A stretch of DNA of 64,000 nucleotides from Hydrurus foetidus (Eukaryota): the NCBI GenBank assembly GCA_900617105.1, contig UYFQ01000363.1:1-64000 (forward strand), written 5' to 3'. The notes under the pieces were generated by a model, which worked only from the letters and a program-made list of their open reading frames with translations, searched no databases and had not been told where the DNA came from. A program made the position numbers and the translations under genes. Shown here one piece after another: positions 24,611 through 37,891 of the stretch. Each line of letters opens with the position of its first letter. The stretch's first letter is position 1.

Positions 24611-26268
24611 ATGTCGACCTCTGTGCTTGAGTTGGCTCGCCAGAAAAAGCTCCTTCTCCAGGAATTGGTCGCTGCTGATGCAAAAATTGACCGTCTGAAT
24701 GAAATCTGTATGAAGAAATTGGCTCTCAAAAGCGCTACATCAAGTAAAAGCGTACAATCAGCTGACGACACCATGACGAGGACAGGTCTTCCAGTTGCCC
24801 ACTTCCGATTGTTGGCCCGATCAAGCAAAGTTTCTTTAAAGCCACTAGAGCACAGAGAAATGAAGGACAGGGAGCCTACAGTCGTTAACAACTCCAATCT
24901 TCTGAGGATACGTCACGAACAGGCCAAGCGATTGGCTATGAAAGAGGAGTTTGAACAAATAGCTCTCGAAAAAGATCGAGAGACAGCGAAACAAATCAAA
25001 AAGCAGAAGAAAATGTTTAAACCAACGTCAATAGTTCCATCACTTCTGCCTCTGCGTTACTCTAGAAGTGAGTTACCGTGCACGCTAGAGCATGGTTTCA
25101 GTGGTCACTATCTGAGCTGGGCGTGTCCTCTGCAAAATCTGGATTATGAGTATTATTTACCGTTCTTTTTTGACGGGTTACAGTGCAAGGAATACCCCTT
25201 ATATTTTCTCGCCCGACAAGGAGTTGAAGATTTATTACTCGCATCAAAAGGACATCCTGAATGGATTTTGCCTTGCATAGCTCAGCTTATTGTTCCTATC
25301 AGAAATGCATTCTTTAAGTTTGACCCATTTATAACTTTGGGGACGTTGAAAGCTCTGCAACAGCTACTACAAAGCAACCCAGAAATAGGTAAGACAAAAA
25401 TAAGATGATCCTAGATTCGTAGATTTGAGGATCTGAAATTTGATAAGATGATTTCTTTTTAAGGTTTTGTTATGAGCGGTGTCGCACATTGTGAAGACAT
25501 CATTGTGGTCTTGTATAACGTCATTTTCATTCTTATTATTTTTCATTTCTATTTTCACTTTCAATTGCATTTTGAAGGAGAGGCGATTCTTCCGTTTGCG
25601 AAACAATTCCTAACGCCTGTGAAACCATTCTTCGGAAATAGCCGGAATATAGGGGACAGGATAGATTACGGCCAAAGGAGAAATGACGACATAGGAGGAC
25701 AGGTAACGTGGTCTGAATCATTTTTGTTCCTTTTCGTTCATTTGAAAGATGCTCTCTTTCTCTCATTTTGCATCAATTAATGTACACTCGTTAAATCTGG
25801 AACAATACAATAAACCCACTCAGCTGACTGCACTTCTCCGTCTCGCGCCATTTACCATATTTATTATCTAGGTTTTGAAGACTTTAGAAATCATGGAAAC
25901 GTGTTGTGGGCCCAACGCACTGGGCACCATCAAGCTGATCATCCCTCTCTGTAAGTAATCATATAGTTCTTAACTCGATGCATTTCAGGGTCTTGATTAT
26001 TGACATGTCAGATCATTTAATAGTGGTGAAGGTCTTGTATTGATTTCATGATAAACCTTTTTTTGATTTGTGGTGACGATAAGAAGTAAAAAACATTTTA
26101 TAAAGTCCAATATAGCTCCTCCTGATTCTGAAATGAACTACCTCCATTTCTTAAAATCTCAATATTTTTGTTCCTCATTTTCCAGTGAACATTTTTGGTC
26201 GTCTAATTTTTGGTTCTCCTTCAAATCTCTTTTTACAATTTTTTTCAGACGAATCTTGTATGAAGTAA
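24611..26268 (+). CDS. PACRG-like (ParcG domain) protein with N-terminal coiled-coil extension; 4 exons
   Basis: RYSRSELPC, LSWACPLQNLDYEYYLPFFFDGL...YPLYFLARQGVEDLL, NIGDRIDYGQ, VLKTLEIME...GPNALGTIKLIIPL|YESC. Confidence 0.85.
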
Positions 26269-27030
26269 CGGGGCGGCTGGCATCACATATCATTCATTAT
26301 TCGTGCTGATGATTTATTTGTGCGTACGTGTGAGTTTTCTGTGTCCTTGTGCACATTTGCGTATCATCGCTAGACAGTTTACTACATCTGTATGCTTTTG
26401 TTCTTGACAAGGTAACATTCCCACCGCATTTTCTGTATAATTCCATAGACAAATTATTTTTGGCATTTACAGGTAGCTCTTATTGAATACAGGGGAAGGA
26501 TTTGTCTTCCTCATCTTATCGATCAGATACATGTATCTTGAGATTATGAAATATTAAATATAAAATGTAAAAGGAATTTCATATGACCATTTTGGTGACC
26601 AACTTTTTGAGTATGACATCACCGTTCATGCCGTCAATAACATCTCCCGTCACATGGAATGAAAGAAACCTTTTCTGCAATTTGTCCGGGATGCACATCC
26701 ATGACGTCAGACTTTGCACCAGCATTATAATGTAGACTGCCTCAGGCCTTGTTGGGTGGGAAAATTTTCAAAAGTTGTTGAGAAAACAACCCTTACGATC
26801 GATTATGATTACATCATATATCAACGTGCGTGAAAGGTTTTTGTTGCATCGTGTTTCTCTCAGCGAATGGAGTTTCGAAAAGATATCATGGCGATTCATT
26901 TTATGTACATATGTATGATGCGATATAGTATGGCAGTGTATGGGGTGAAATGGAGTGATGGGGTCCGTGGTATGATGCAGTGTGTTGGTCATGGCATCGT
27001 ATCACATTGTGTCGCATCACATCTGGCTAC

Positions 27031-30000
27031 TTAAAGCTGTTGGCGAGATTTACGGAACGCAAGCTCGTCAGTGATTTCTGTCAAACACACAGGTTTCGAC
27101 AGTGCAGGATCAGCCAGAGCGGCAGGGGGCAGTGTTTGTCCTTTCGCGCTGGTGATCTGACTGACAAGCAGTCTTCTCTTCGATCCTGAAGGCGACAAGA
27201 AGTCTCTCGTGAACTTTCCGAATGACTCCATAGTGACAGCTCTTATAGCCTTGACTTCTTTGATGTGTCTGTCAAAGATAGGCTCCTCTAGTGCTTCGTG
27301 CTCTATTATTTCTCCCCAGAACCGACTAGCCTGACTGGTAAGACGCTGGTCCGGTTCCAACTTTCGCACTGCTAGTCCTTCTTGATAACTCTCCAATTCC
27401 TCCTGTGAAATGTTCTCAGCAGATGCAATAGCACTCTCGACAAATGCCTCTATTCTCCTACTGAGTTCTGCACCGTCCACAAGAGCAGACTGCACAGTGA
27501 AGGTAAGACTGTAGATTCCCTCCCTGCTGCGCACGCCGCTGTATACGATGTATCCCAGCTGCTGCTGTGTTCTCAAGCTGTTGTAGAAGGCCTGCTCTAC
27601 ACTCTCTGACAAGATCTCCAACAGTACATACTCCTCAATATTTCTAGTTGGTAGCTGGAAGTAGAAGGTGGTGGCGCTGTTGTCGTCCTTCTCATTAGGT
27701 CCTGGTCTAGTTAGACGTAATCCAGATGCAGTAGTCGATTTTGCTGCATCAGCTGGGGACAGACCAGCCAAAGAGAGAGGAGAGACGGGGAACTCGACAG
27801 GTCTTCTTCTGGACCGTAAGTCGACAGCAAGAGGAGTGAAGGGGAAAGCTTTCTCTATGATATCCACAATGTCCTTACTTTGTTTCTCGTCAATGTTGCC
27901 GATAACAATAGCAGTGCCGTGAGACTCTGTGAGCATGGAGGAGAGGAAGTTTTTCAGGTCTTTGGGTGTTGTTTGACTGAGTGTCTTCTCAACATCTTTG
28001 ATGTCAAATTGAAGTGTCTCTGACGCTAGAGAGGCGTAGTAGCTGACGTGATAATAGGGTTGTTGCGATTTCCACCCCTTGAACTCCCTCTCCAATAGAT
28101 CTTTAAACCTATTGAAAGTAGCCACATCTGGTTCGTACGTCCTCAATTTCTCGAATACAATAGCAGTGAAGGGTGCTAGCTTGTCGGAGAAGCCTGACAG
28201 CAGCAATTGAACTCCTTTGGAAGTGAACTCCAATTCAAATCCCATGTCTGCAAGACGAGCGTCATAGAGGAACTCTGTCATTGAGTCCATAAAACACGCG
28301 GAGAAGAGCTTGGCACGCACTACGAAGGAGGTGTCGTAGAAAGTGGAGGGCACTGCTAGGGTAGTAATTGCAAACACTTTGGGCTGATTGAACGTTCTGT
28401 CCAGCTTATGCCACAGCACGAACTTGTCGTCTTCTCTCAGCTTAGTGGGAGGAGCGGCAGTGAGCTTCTCTTTCTCTGCCTCATTTGCTGCTGGTTTGCC
28501 CAGAAGAGTGAAGCTGTTAGGAATTAGTTCGTTGGGAAGTGGCACAGCTAGCAGTGAGGCGTAAGCCCCTCCAGTGGCGACTGTCTTGTCCCATTTCTTG
28601 GTCTGCTCTGGGAGGGACCGTCTGTTGTACTGCGAGCCATAGTACTTGCCCTCCTGTGTGGTCTTGCCCTTGTACTCCTTGCTGATCAACTTAATGCGCA
28701 CGTCTTTAGGTGTGAGGTGGTCTAAATAGCTCTGCACAGCTGAGGGGTCGGAATGTTCGTAAAGACGGGGACCAGTGACGTACTCAACGGGATCGGTGAA
28801 ATCCTGCATATCCGCTACTAGTCTGCTTACACTGGAGGCTGGGTCGCTCTTCTCACTGTAGTTAAAGGCAATAGCTGATAATTGCGCTACTTCCGAGTAG
28901 ACGTATGGGGGAATACCATTGCGTGTGCCGGATTCTTTTTCTTTGACTGGCGTGTTGAGGAGGTGGATGTACGAGAATATCACATCTGCCACATCGTCCT
29001 TATGCTTGAACCCTTCTTCGGTCAAATCAATCGACACCTCAAACTAGAAAGTAAGCACAGAGGAAATCAGGGAAAGATCAAACAATTAGGAATAATACAG
29101 TTATTAGGAACACACACAAACAGAAAAACATAGATACACTCACACACGCACGCACAGGAATGAAGAAAGTGTTCAATAGCAGTGACGTACCATTTGCATG
29201 TCAGTGACGTCATTAGTGACAGCAGCTTGAACCGTGTTGCCCCATCCCTTCTCCACTAGCAGAGATCTAACAGACCCCTTGCCTTCATGACCGATTAAAT
29301 GCGCTACAATCTGCTCTGGTTTGGCTCTCAACAAGACATCTCTCTCAGTCTGATCTTTCACCCATATAGGCCAGCAAAGAGAAATGCGTCTACTTTCCCC
29401 CACAGGAACAACTTCTAACACTGATGCTTCATTTTGGGGAAGAAATGGAGGGATTTTACCCCAATATTCTCCAGCGGGATTAGGGGCTTTTTTGTCCGGT
29501 ATATCGGAGAAAAACTTTTTGGTCCATGTTTCAAGTTTATCTAAGCTCTGTTTACCACTGATGCAAAGAGTCATGCGGTTGCTGCTGTATCTTTTACTGT
29601 GGAAGTTAAGGAGCTCTTGTCTCACGTCTATGCCTTGCTTTATAGTTTCAGTTTCTAGTGTTGCCTTGTTTCCGGTGGCGAATTTAGACAGAGGGTGAGC
29701 AGGGTTTGCTCCATCTTTCTCAAGCTGCAGAAAATGTTCCGATACGATAGTAATGTAGGATGTTGTCAGAAAAATCAGAAATTGATTGTGAGAGTCTTTT
29801 GTTGATGATGATGCGCAGGAAGATCGTCAGAAATTCATCATGCATCAGATAAATCGTTCAAGTACTTCATTTACTGCTGGAGATAACTGGAAAGTAAGCG
29901 ACGCAAAAGAACCACAACAATCATGGCTACTGTATCAAGCATGAAAACTGTTTACCTGGTAAAGTCGGAAAGAGTCACTGTTTATGTTCTTAGCGTGTTC

Positions 30001-30738
30001 GCTATCAATAGCGTTCAACTCACGAGATGTTGCTGACTGTGTGAACAAGGGCGATATGAAAAATTGCGAGAATCTATCCAGAGCTTCCTCGGTGAATTCA
30101 GCATTCACATCGAAGTAGTATACTGTGTCTTCGGAATCAGTGTAGGCATTGCTGCTACCTCCGTGAGAGGACAGGTATGAAGAGAATTCCTCCTCCTTAG
30201 GAAACTTCTTTGTTCCCAGGAAACTCATATGCTCACAGAAATGAGCGAGTCCAGGTACTTCTCTGGGATCAGAAAATGCTCCTACGTTGACATCGAGAGC
30301 TGCAGCACTTCTGCTAGATGATGGATCACTGACCAGTAATACGCGGATACCATTGGGTAACTCTAAGGCACGATAAAGCCGCTCATCCAGTGGTCTCTTC
30401 CTAACTACTGCTTCCCCCGCTTTAGTTGTGGAAGATACATCAGCAATGGAAGCTCCAGGAAAGGATTGTAATAGAGTCGATCCGACGACGACCGACTTCA
30501 GGAAGTTGTTAGAAGCCTTAACGAATTCTGATTTTTCACTACGCGCTATGTTGCTCGTCGTTCCAGCCGGTCCCGAGCATAAATTCTGTGGCTGCTGAGC
30601 AAATCGCTTCCATAATCCTCTTCCAACATCAGAAACTTTGCGATTTTGTCTGAAACTCGAGCATCTTTGCATCATACACGCAATCAGAATGAAATTCAAA
30701 GTTGTTATGATCCGTAAATAGCGACTACTTCGTAACAT
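27031..30738 (-). CDS. Insulysin-like M16A zinc metallopeptidase with N-terminal targeting extension; 3 exons
   Basis: [44 protein letters not shown] (HxxEH), [39 protein letters not shown]. Confidence 0.93.
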
Positions 30739-31159
30739 GCTAAAAGGTGATTTGAAATAAAATCCGCCGCTGATTGCAGTGACAGAGGTGACGACAGTCG
30801 CACTGAACCCAACTACCTCTCTGAAAACCTTCTAATGCTACACGATGCAGCATCGATGCACCTTACCGACCACGCACGACTGTCTGAGCAGTCTACACAG
30901 CAAAACAGCAGAACGCTCCCTCCTCCCTCCTAAGAACCCACCCTCGCTGACACTGACCCGACCGACCCGACCCCGATCGATCCGTTCGAGTCCGGTCTGT
31001 GGGCTGAGGCCGAGGGGTGTGTGTGAGGGCTGTGATCTATCATAGGCAGCGATGGCAGCAGCAGGGTGGTCATTCTTCGAAAGATTATTGGCATATGCCT
31101 CGTAATTCGTGACAAGGCATCTTTCATCTAGAATCCCGTGTTGGCCGCAATTTCTAGTA

Positions 31160-31786
31160 ATGATACCCTCTTCTGGCCCCCCAATGTCTGGTAAGTATGT
31201 GCTTCAACTTATCGCACTCAACGCATACCACTGACGTATGATTATCCACCGGCTTTTCGTAGTCCTTGATCGGGTGAAAATGTTTCTTCCTCAAATAGAG
31301 AAGGTGAATGAACCTGCCGCCGAATGCAATGTCGCTAACATGTCAGCTGACATCCACCATCGATTTTTTGACGTAGGCTAATGCTGACCTAGAGAAAGAA
31401 ATAGTCCTTCACGGGAAGGACCGCTTTCTAATCGATAAGGACCTTGAAAATCAACTGCAGAAACCTCCCATGATCACTGAAACAGATCTGGAATCATCGC
31501 CTTCATCAGTAAGTTGCTGCCATGCTGTGCCCGTGCTCTCAGAATTCAACTGATTTTGTGAACATTTCATTGGTGCCAGGTTGTTGGAAAAGTAGTGGAT
31601 AAAATGGATACGCAAGAGAAGGATGACGCAACCAACAGTGATGAGATTCAGCAAGAAGTTGAGCTGAGTTTCGCCCTTGGTGATTTCAATGAAACTGCTC
31701 TAGCCAAGGCGGAAGAGGAGCTTCGGATAGAAGCAGAGAAGGAAGGAGTGGAGAATGATGACGGCGATGATGTAAACGACGATTGA
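31160..31786 (+). CDS. NOPCHAP1/DUF4598-like small acidic protein; 4 exons
   Basis: Spliced reading MIPSSGPPMS|VLDRVKMFLPQIEK|ANADLEKE...|...EVELSFALGDFNE matches the L.R...FLP....AN..L / IE+.L.LG pattern. Confidence 0.6.
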
Positions 31787-32767
31787 GGGTATCATTGAGT
31801 GCAGTAGCATTGAATGCGCAGTCCACAGGAATATCTTTTAGTCCAAACGAAACTCGAATAGTAGACTAGTCTGGAGCATCTGCGTCGCAACATACATGGT
31901 GCCATCGTTGTCAGTGCAAACTGCCCAACTCCTCTGATCTGCGGTAATATCTAATCAACTGTTTCAGTTGCTCGCTTCACACGATTATCCTACGCGATGC
32001 AATTCTGCGGAAGAAGTTTATCAAAATACACTCGTGCATCTCATCTGCAGCAACCCTAGATTACTCTTTGACTAGATTCAGGAATTTATCATCTAACAAA
32101 CAAACTGCAGCTTTTTTTTGTTGTAACTTATTCGATGATGAAGAGGCAGAAGGCGATGATCAAGAGATATTCCCAGCGAAGTGAACAACTGGATTGAATT
32201 GTTTACTTCGACTGATAATCTTTGCAGACTGTTCCATGAAATCCGGGCCCCCTTCATCTGGCTTGCAATGCAAGCCTCTATGCTGCATACACACATTGAA
32301 AAGAAAAGTTGCATCCGCATCACAAGTGCGTCAAACTAGGAAAAGCCAATACAATTTTCACAACATGGCTTCCTACTACAAACTGCCAGGATTAAACATT
32401 CGACGTAGAGACTCTTTTGCTTCACCAAAATAAACTATTCTACCATTTCAGATGCCAAAATGGCCGAATAGATGCATTTTAAGCTAGAAATTCCAACTGT
32501 AAGTTTCGAAGCTCATTGAAGTTTATCTTCAATCAAATCGTTCACCAACATCTCCAAGTTTTAACCACAGCGTTGATTCTAGGGGGGAAGTCGTTGACAT
32601 CTATTCCTGAGGTGGAAACATACGCTCAGGGTCACGGAGTAGCCGAGAACTGCCGCTGATAATCTAGTGGAAGTATAGATACAGATCGTGGGTGAAATCA
32701 ATCGATATTGGCCCAAACAGCCTCCTATCACAAGTTTTTGCTGTGTTAAGTGCTGGAAGAGTGAACG

Positions 32768-35700
32768 ATGTGGGTTTCAACTTCGTCCGACAAGTTTGCG
32801 ACCTTGTATCTGCTCGTCCTTGTTGCATGTCGTTTTTCCATCTCGAAGGCAGGCATTAGTGGAAAGTTGCTATCTACAAAATCTCCAATAGCTCTGAATC
32901 TTAATCGGGCCATGGTCAATGAGACCGGTTTAATAAGAGTTCCGAGAAGCGGAGTGAGGACGAGATCACAATTTTTCGAGAAGACTCTTGGCCTCGAGCC
33001 GGGAAAACCTTTCAATTTTGATCTATCAAAGTGGAAAGCTATACAACGCAGTGGCTTGTTTAAGAATCTTACTGCCAAAGCGATTCCGGTTGGCGCAAAT
33101 GAAGTGCTACTGACGGTCACAGGACAGGAACTGCCGTCCATACGTTTTTCACCAGAAGTCAGCGTTGCTGCTTCTATCGACCGTCCTGAAGTATCTGGAG
33201 GGGTAAGTTAACATTTTTTGACTTTGGGAAAGAGTGAATTATGACGCTCTTTCGTATTACAATCACCCATTCATATAATGTCAGGCGAATATACCCCTTT
33301 GACTTTTAAATTTCTGAATATATCATATGACATGAGAACAATAATCCTTGCCCCTGCTTTTCTGAAAGCAACTGATCAATAATGACTGAGATGCGGACAT
33401 AAACTTTTTCTTACACTCTATTCTTGCAATTTTTCCTCTGAATTGTACAGGTATCATTTAGTGATCGTAACTTTCGTGGACTGGGTCAAAGAATGGACAT
33501 CTCGGTGACTAAAAAAGAAGGACGGGAAAGGGGTACAGATCAACTCGGCCCCACAATAGGAATGAAATGGACTGACAACAGAATAGGCAAAACCTCAAGT
33601 CTTTCAGTGGGATATGAAGAGGAGAGTAGATTCGAAGATGGAGCGGATGTTTTACCGGACATGCGGCTTGCACGGTATATGGATCTCGGGATCAGAACTA
33701 GGAACCGATTCGAAACAAGAATTAGAAAATCTTTTGTACGATTTAGAGAGTAAGTTTTACCATTGGAGAAATTAAATTTGATAACAATTAAATACTCCGT
33801 AATATTTTCGGATAGAGTTCGTAGTTGAGGAGATTTTGAAAAAAAGAACATTTCTACCGTCAACGTCCTGTCTAATTTTCATCTCTAACTTTCGTTTCAA
33901 CACACAATTTACAGATTTGATTTTCTTCGAATGGAGAGAAGGCGGGAAAGGGACGAAGAGAACGGACTTGTCCCCAAAGGGAATTGCCAAATGGACGTTG
34001 AGGTTGAGCCGTACCGTACGCACTTGGACAGTGAAATGTGCGTATCGGAATTGCAAGGTAAATGGAAATCCTTAGGAAACTCCTTCTTTGCTGAAGTTTT
34101 GTTGAGTCAAGTCTGTATGCATTCAATTGATTTCAGTCAGCAGGTGCATTTAATTAGTCCGTCAGTCTTGGAGAATTTGAGCATAGCACTGAACATTTTA
34201 TTTCAAATTATATCATACGTCCTCCACTCACGTGTTCTGTTCTGTTACACTTCGTTCAAATTGAAGGCGCGAAGATTTCTGCGAATTGGCAATGGAAGGT
34301 GAGAAAAGAAAGAAGAACAGAACAGAACAAAGCAGTCATTTCCAAACTGCTCTATAGACATCAATGTCTTCGTTTCTATAATTTCACGCATGAACCCCTA
34401 GTCAACCAGTTAACTACGACAGACCACACCACAGTACGACCATCACACCCTCCTCTACATAAAAGTACGTACTGCCGATAGTCATGAATGACGCACTAAA
34501 TGTTGTGTCGTTAGGAGGGACACTCAGCAGGTGTGAGTCACGATGGCGGTGTGGGCTTGTTCGCATGGGGCACCGCGCCGTACAGGTACGGTTTGTGACA
34601 TCTGACATGTACGATGCACAATGCACACTGTATGCAATATTGGTCCCAAGGAGAGGTGGGAGAATTGCAATCATTGACTCCTGAGGGACGAAAATTACGG
34701 GACCTAAGATAACATGTCTCTCTGATTGCAATTTCTGCTATATTATGCAGTATGCCCACTTCACTCTGCGTCTAGCACAGAATGGAGTATTTATAATAAG
34801 TGCAATTTTATAAGACAACGTCAATGCTACTGTGACTCCTAATGTTTTAGAACATGAACATTCGATTAACAACTATTGTGATATCGCAGGCAGCTAAGTG
34901 CTGAAACGGCATCAGCACTGTATAAAATATACGGATCTTCCAAAAAATCCGTAAAAACTGTTATGTCGAGCGCTGAAGACGGTTCTGCGATAATCAGTCT
35001 ACCGGATGAGGAGGGAAATATTTCTCCTTTACAAGTTATTGGAAAGTTCCGGAGTTCCATGATGAAGTGAGTTGACCTTGAACTCTTGATTCCGTACCAT
35101 TTCTTGTGTGGTGTATATTTATGTATACTATGTGTGAATGTCTTCGTCACCATTTGAAGCCTTGCATTCTCTGTTTGACCAACCACATCATATAAGAGTA
35201 CAATTCGACTGACTATGAGATGTAAATCTTTTTATAAACATTACCATTTTTGTGTATTATTTTTTTCAGATCATGGGGCGGAGCGTGTCTTCCTTTATTT
35301 CATAAAATCCCTTTAGGGGATTCTTTAACCGTTAGATCTTACGCGGATATTCCGGAACCCGATCTCCTCGATCTATTTGGAAGACACAAAAAACGCACAT
35401 CAGCTTTTGTTGCCCTAAAGGTCTACACCACTAAATTTTGTTTATTTTATTTTGGCACTTATTTTGTATTTTATATGTCAACATTTTGTTGTTTATGAGA
35501 ACTTCTTCATTTTTTCAAAGGAATTATTGTTGTTCTTTGTTCGGCAATTATTTTGCTCACTATATTTTGATGACATGTTTTCAGGGTGACTTTTACCTTG
35601 AGGGACTTAAGACCTTCATTCCAGGTGCCTTCATGGACTGTGCGCTGTCGCGCAGTTTGACTGTGTCAGAAGAGAGTTCTCCGACAAGTGCGTGGGAGAG

Positions 35701-35990
35701 GTCTCTGGGAGCAGGCCTGTCTTTGAGGTGATCCCTGTGCGATCTGTGTGTTGTGTTGATGTGCGTGAGAGAGGGAGAGAGGGTGTGTTTTGGTAGCGTT
35801 TGATTTCGTGCATCTATGCAGGTTTTTGTACCAATACTTCTAGTGATCGTCTCCATACTAATCCACGATATCGCTCCTGTATGAACGCTATTTTTGCAGA
35901 GCGTTTGGATTTCGATTAGATGCTGCCTGGCCGCTGATCGAACCCAAGACCTCTATAAGATTCCACATTGGAGTGGACTTCGGGGCGTAG
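32768..35990 (+). CDS. Omp85/BamA-family beta-barrel protein with signal peptide and POTRA-like domain; multi-exon
   Basis: Signal-like LYLLVLVAC. POTRA-like RTRSQFFEKTLGLEPGKPF...IQRSGLFKNL...VLLTVTGQE. Barrel-start motif GG|VSFSDRNFRGLGQ. Loop LGDSLTVRSY. C-terminal GAGLSLR|AFGFRLDAAWPL...FHIGVDFGA*. Confidence 0.72.
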
Positions 35991-37891
35991 AGAAGGGAAA
36001 ATAAATTGGAGAAAAAAGAAAAAAATGTGGAGGTAAATGGATTTGGAAAGTGGAAAAGTTGAAAATGGGATAAGAAGTGCTGTGAGGGAGCTTTGAGGGT
36101 TGGTCGATTCACTAGAGGGAGAGGAAGGGTCAAGACTGTATCCTGACCTTTTTTTACAGGAGTCACTGTTGTTCATGAGTGTTATCAGCTGATGTCATTA
36201 GAGGCGTAGGGAACGACAGTTCTTTCTAATCCAAGCAATCATTTAGGCTATAATGAAGCATGTCATAGAATGATGAAACAAAATAGTATTGGATAAGGAG
36301 GTGTAAAGGATTGGTATAGTTGATGTGTCAGTGCATAGTCTGCATTACTTACGATAGCATAACAGAAATAAAGCCTATAGCATCCTCTACTTCATCATCG
36401 CTCTATATTTTGTTGCGCAGTATGTATCGGATGAGTGCTTCCCTGTTGAGTGACATAATATTCTTCAACTCTGCCCATGTATTTTGGCAATAGTTGTTCT
36501 TACACTGTACTGCACTATTCGATTGTATTGCTCAATTTCGCTTTAATCAGAATAAGGAAAAGGAAAAAAATACTCTCTTTCAAGTTTTTCTTTTTTTTAC
36601 AATGCTATACTGTCGTCCTCTCCGAAATTGCGTGATAGCGTGATTCACATTTTGATGCAATTCATTTTAGACGATGCATTCTCGGAAATTGTCGAATCAC
36701 CGTGTAGTTTTAGATGAAAAAATCTCAATTGTAGAAATGAAAAAAAGGATTGGATTAAACAGAAAGGGTGACAGCGATTGCTATGTGACAGAAGTAGAGA
36801 TGAGCTGTGTAGTACGGAGAAACCTCTCAAACTATTCCCACTGATGAGGTCAGTCATTTTCTAATTGGTGTATCACACGTCATTCGAGTAATTTACTAAT
36901 TTGATACACACAGATAAAGGGAAAGTGAAAGAGCATACCACATTTTTAAAGTTCCGTTTAATAATGCACCTCATTCTCGAATACTCCGAATGTTGAGTTT
37001 TGATTATATTGAAGAACCACAAATTGATGACATGAGATTATATGACATGATTTGCCGACAAGTAAGTGTCAATAAACATCATTTATAAATTCAACACATG
37101 TTCTAATAGAAATACGATTCAGAGGAATATGTGTCCGTCTCTAACTTCTAATCATGACAACAATAGACACAAACTGCACTGTACAGTACCCCATTGTACT
37201 GCAAGGAGGCATTATTTACAGTCCTCACGCACGCGATATGATAATGAGCATCTATGAGGGTTAAGGAAGGGGAAGTCTATCTTTTCTGTGCATGTACAGC
37301 ACACTGACGGCTGCGTCCCATCGCATTCATGGGAATCGAAAAGCTAAGTCAGAGCTATAAGAGCGGGAGACTGAGAGAGTGCCGTACTTAAAGAATAATC
37401 CAGCGCATGGATAATTAGATAAGATGTCCATGCAAGTGACGTAATGTGCAACATAACACGCAAGGATCAAAAGATACAGGGTCCGTCTGTCTTTCCCTTA
37501 CATTCTGTTATAATGCCGGTACATCATCACACTATACTGTAATGAACACAGATAGGATGGGATTGTGTATGGGATGGACTCCAACACATCTACGACACTG
37601 CACTATTCTGCTCTGTACTATAGACTGGTGCTAGCAGCACTTCTAGTCTCCGACCACTAAGATCACCACAGCTGTTATCAACTACGAGCTGCAGGTTACG
37701 AGTCCGTATAATTGTACTAATGTAGTGCCGAGTCCAGTCAAGTGATTGATTTACAAGGAGACTAGAGTATGGACAGCAGTAACAAGAAAGGGGTAGAATG
37801 AGACCTTCGATCATGATATTGGGAAGGATTGAGTGATAAAACCAGTCAGTGTAACATCATGGATCCTGGATCTGCTGTCCAAGCGGAGATT

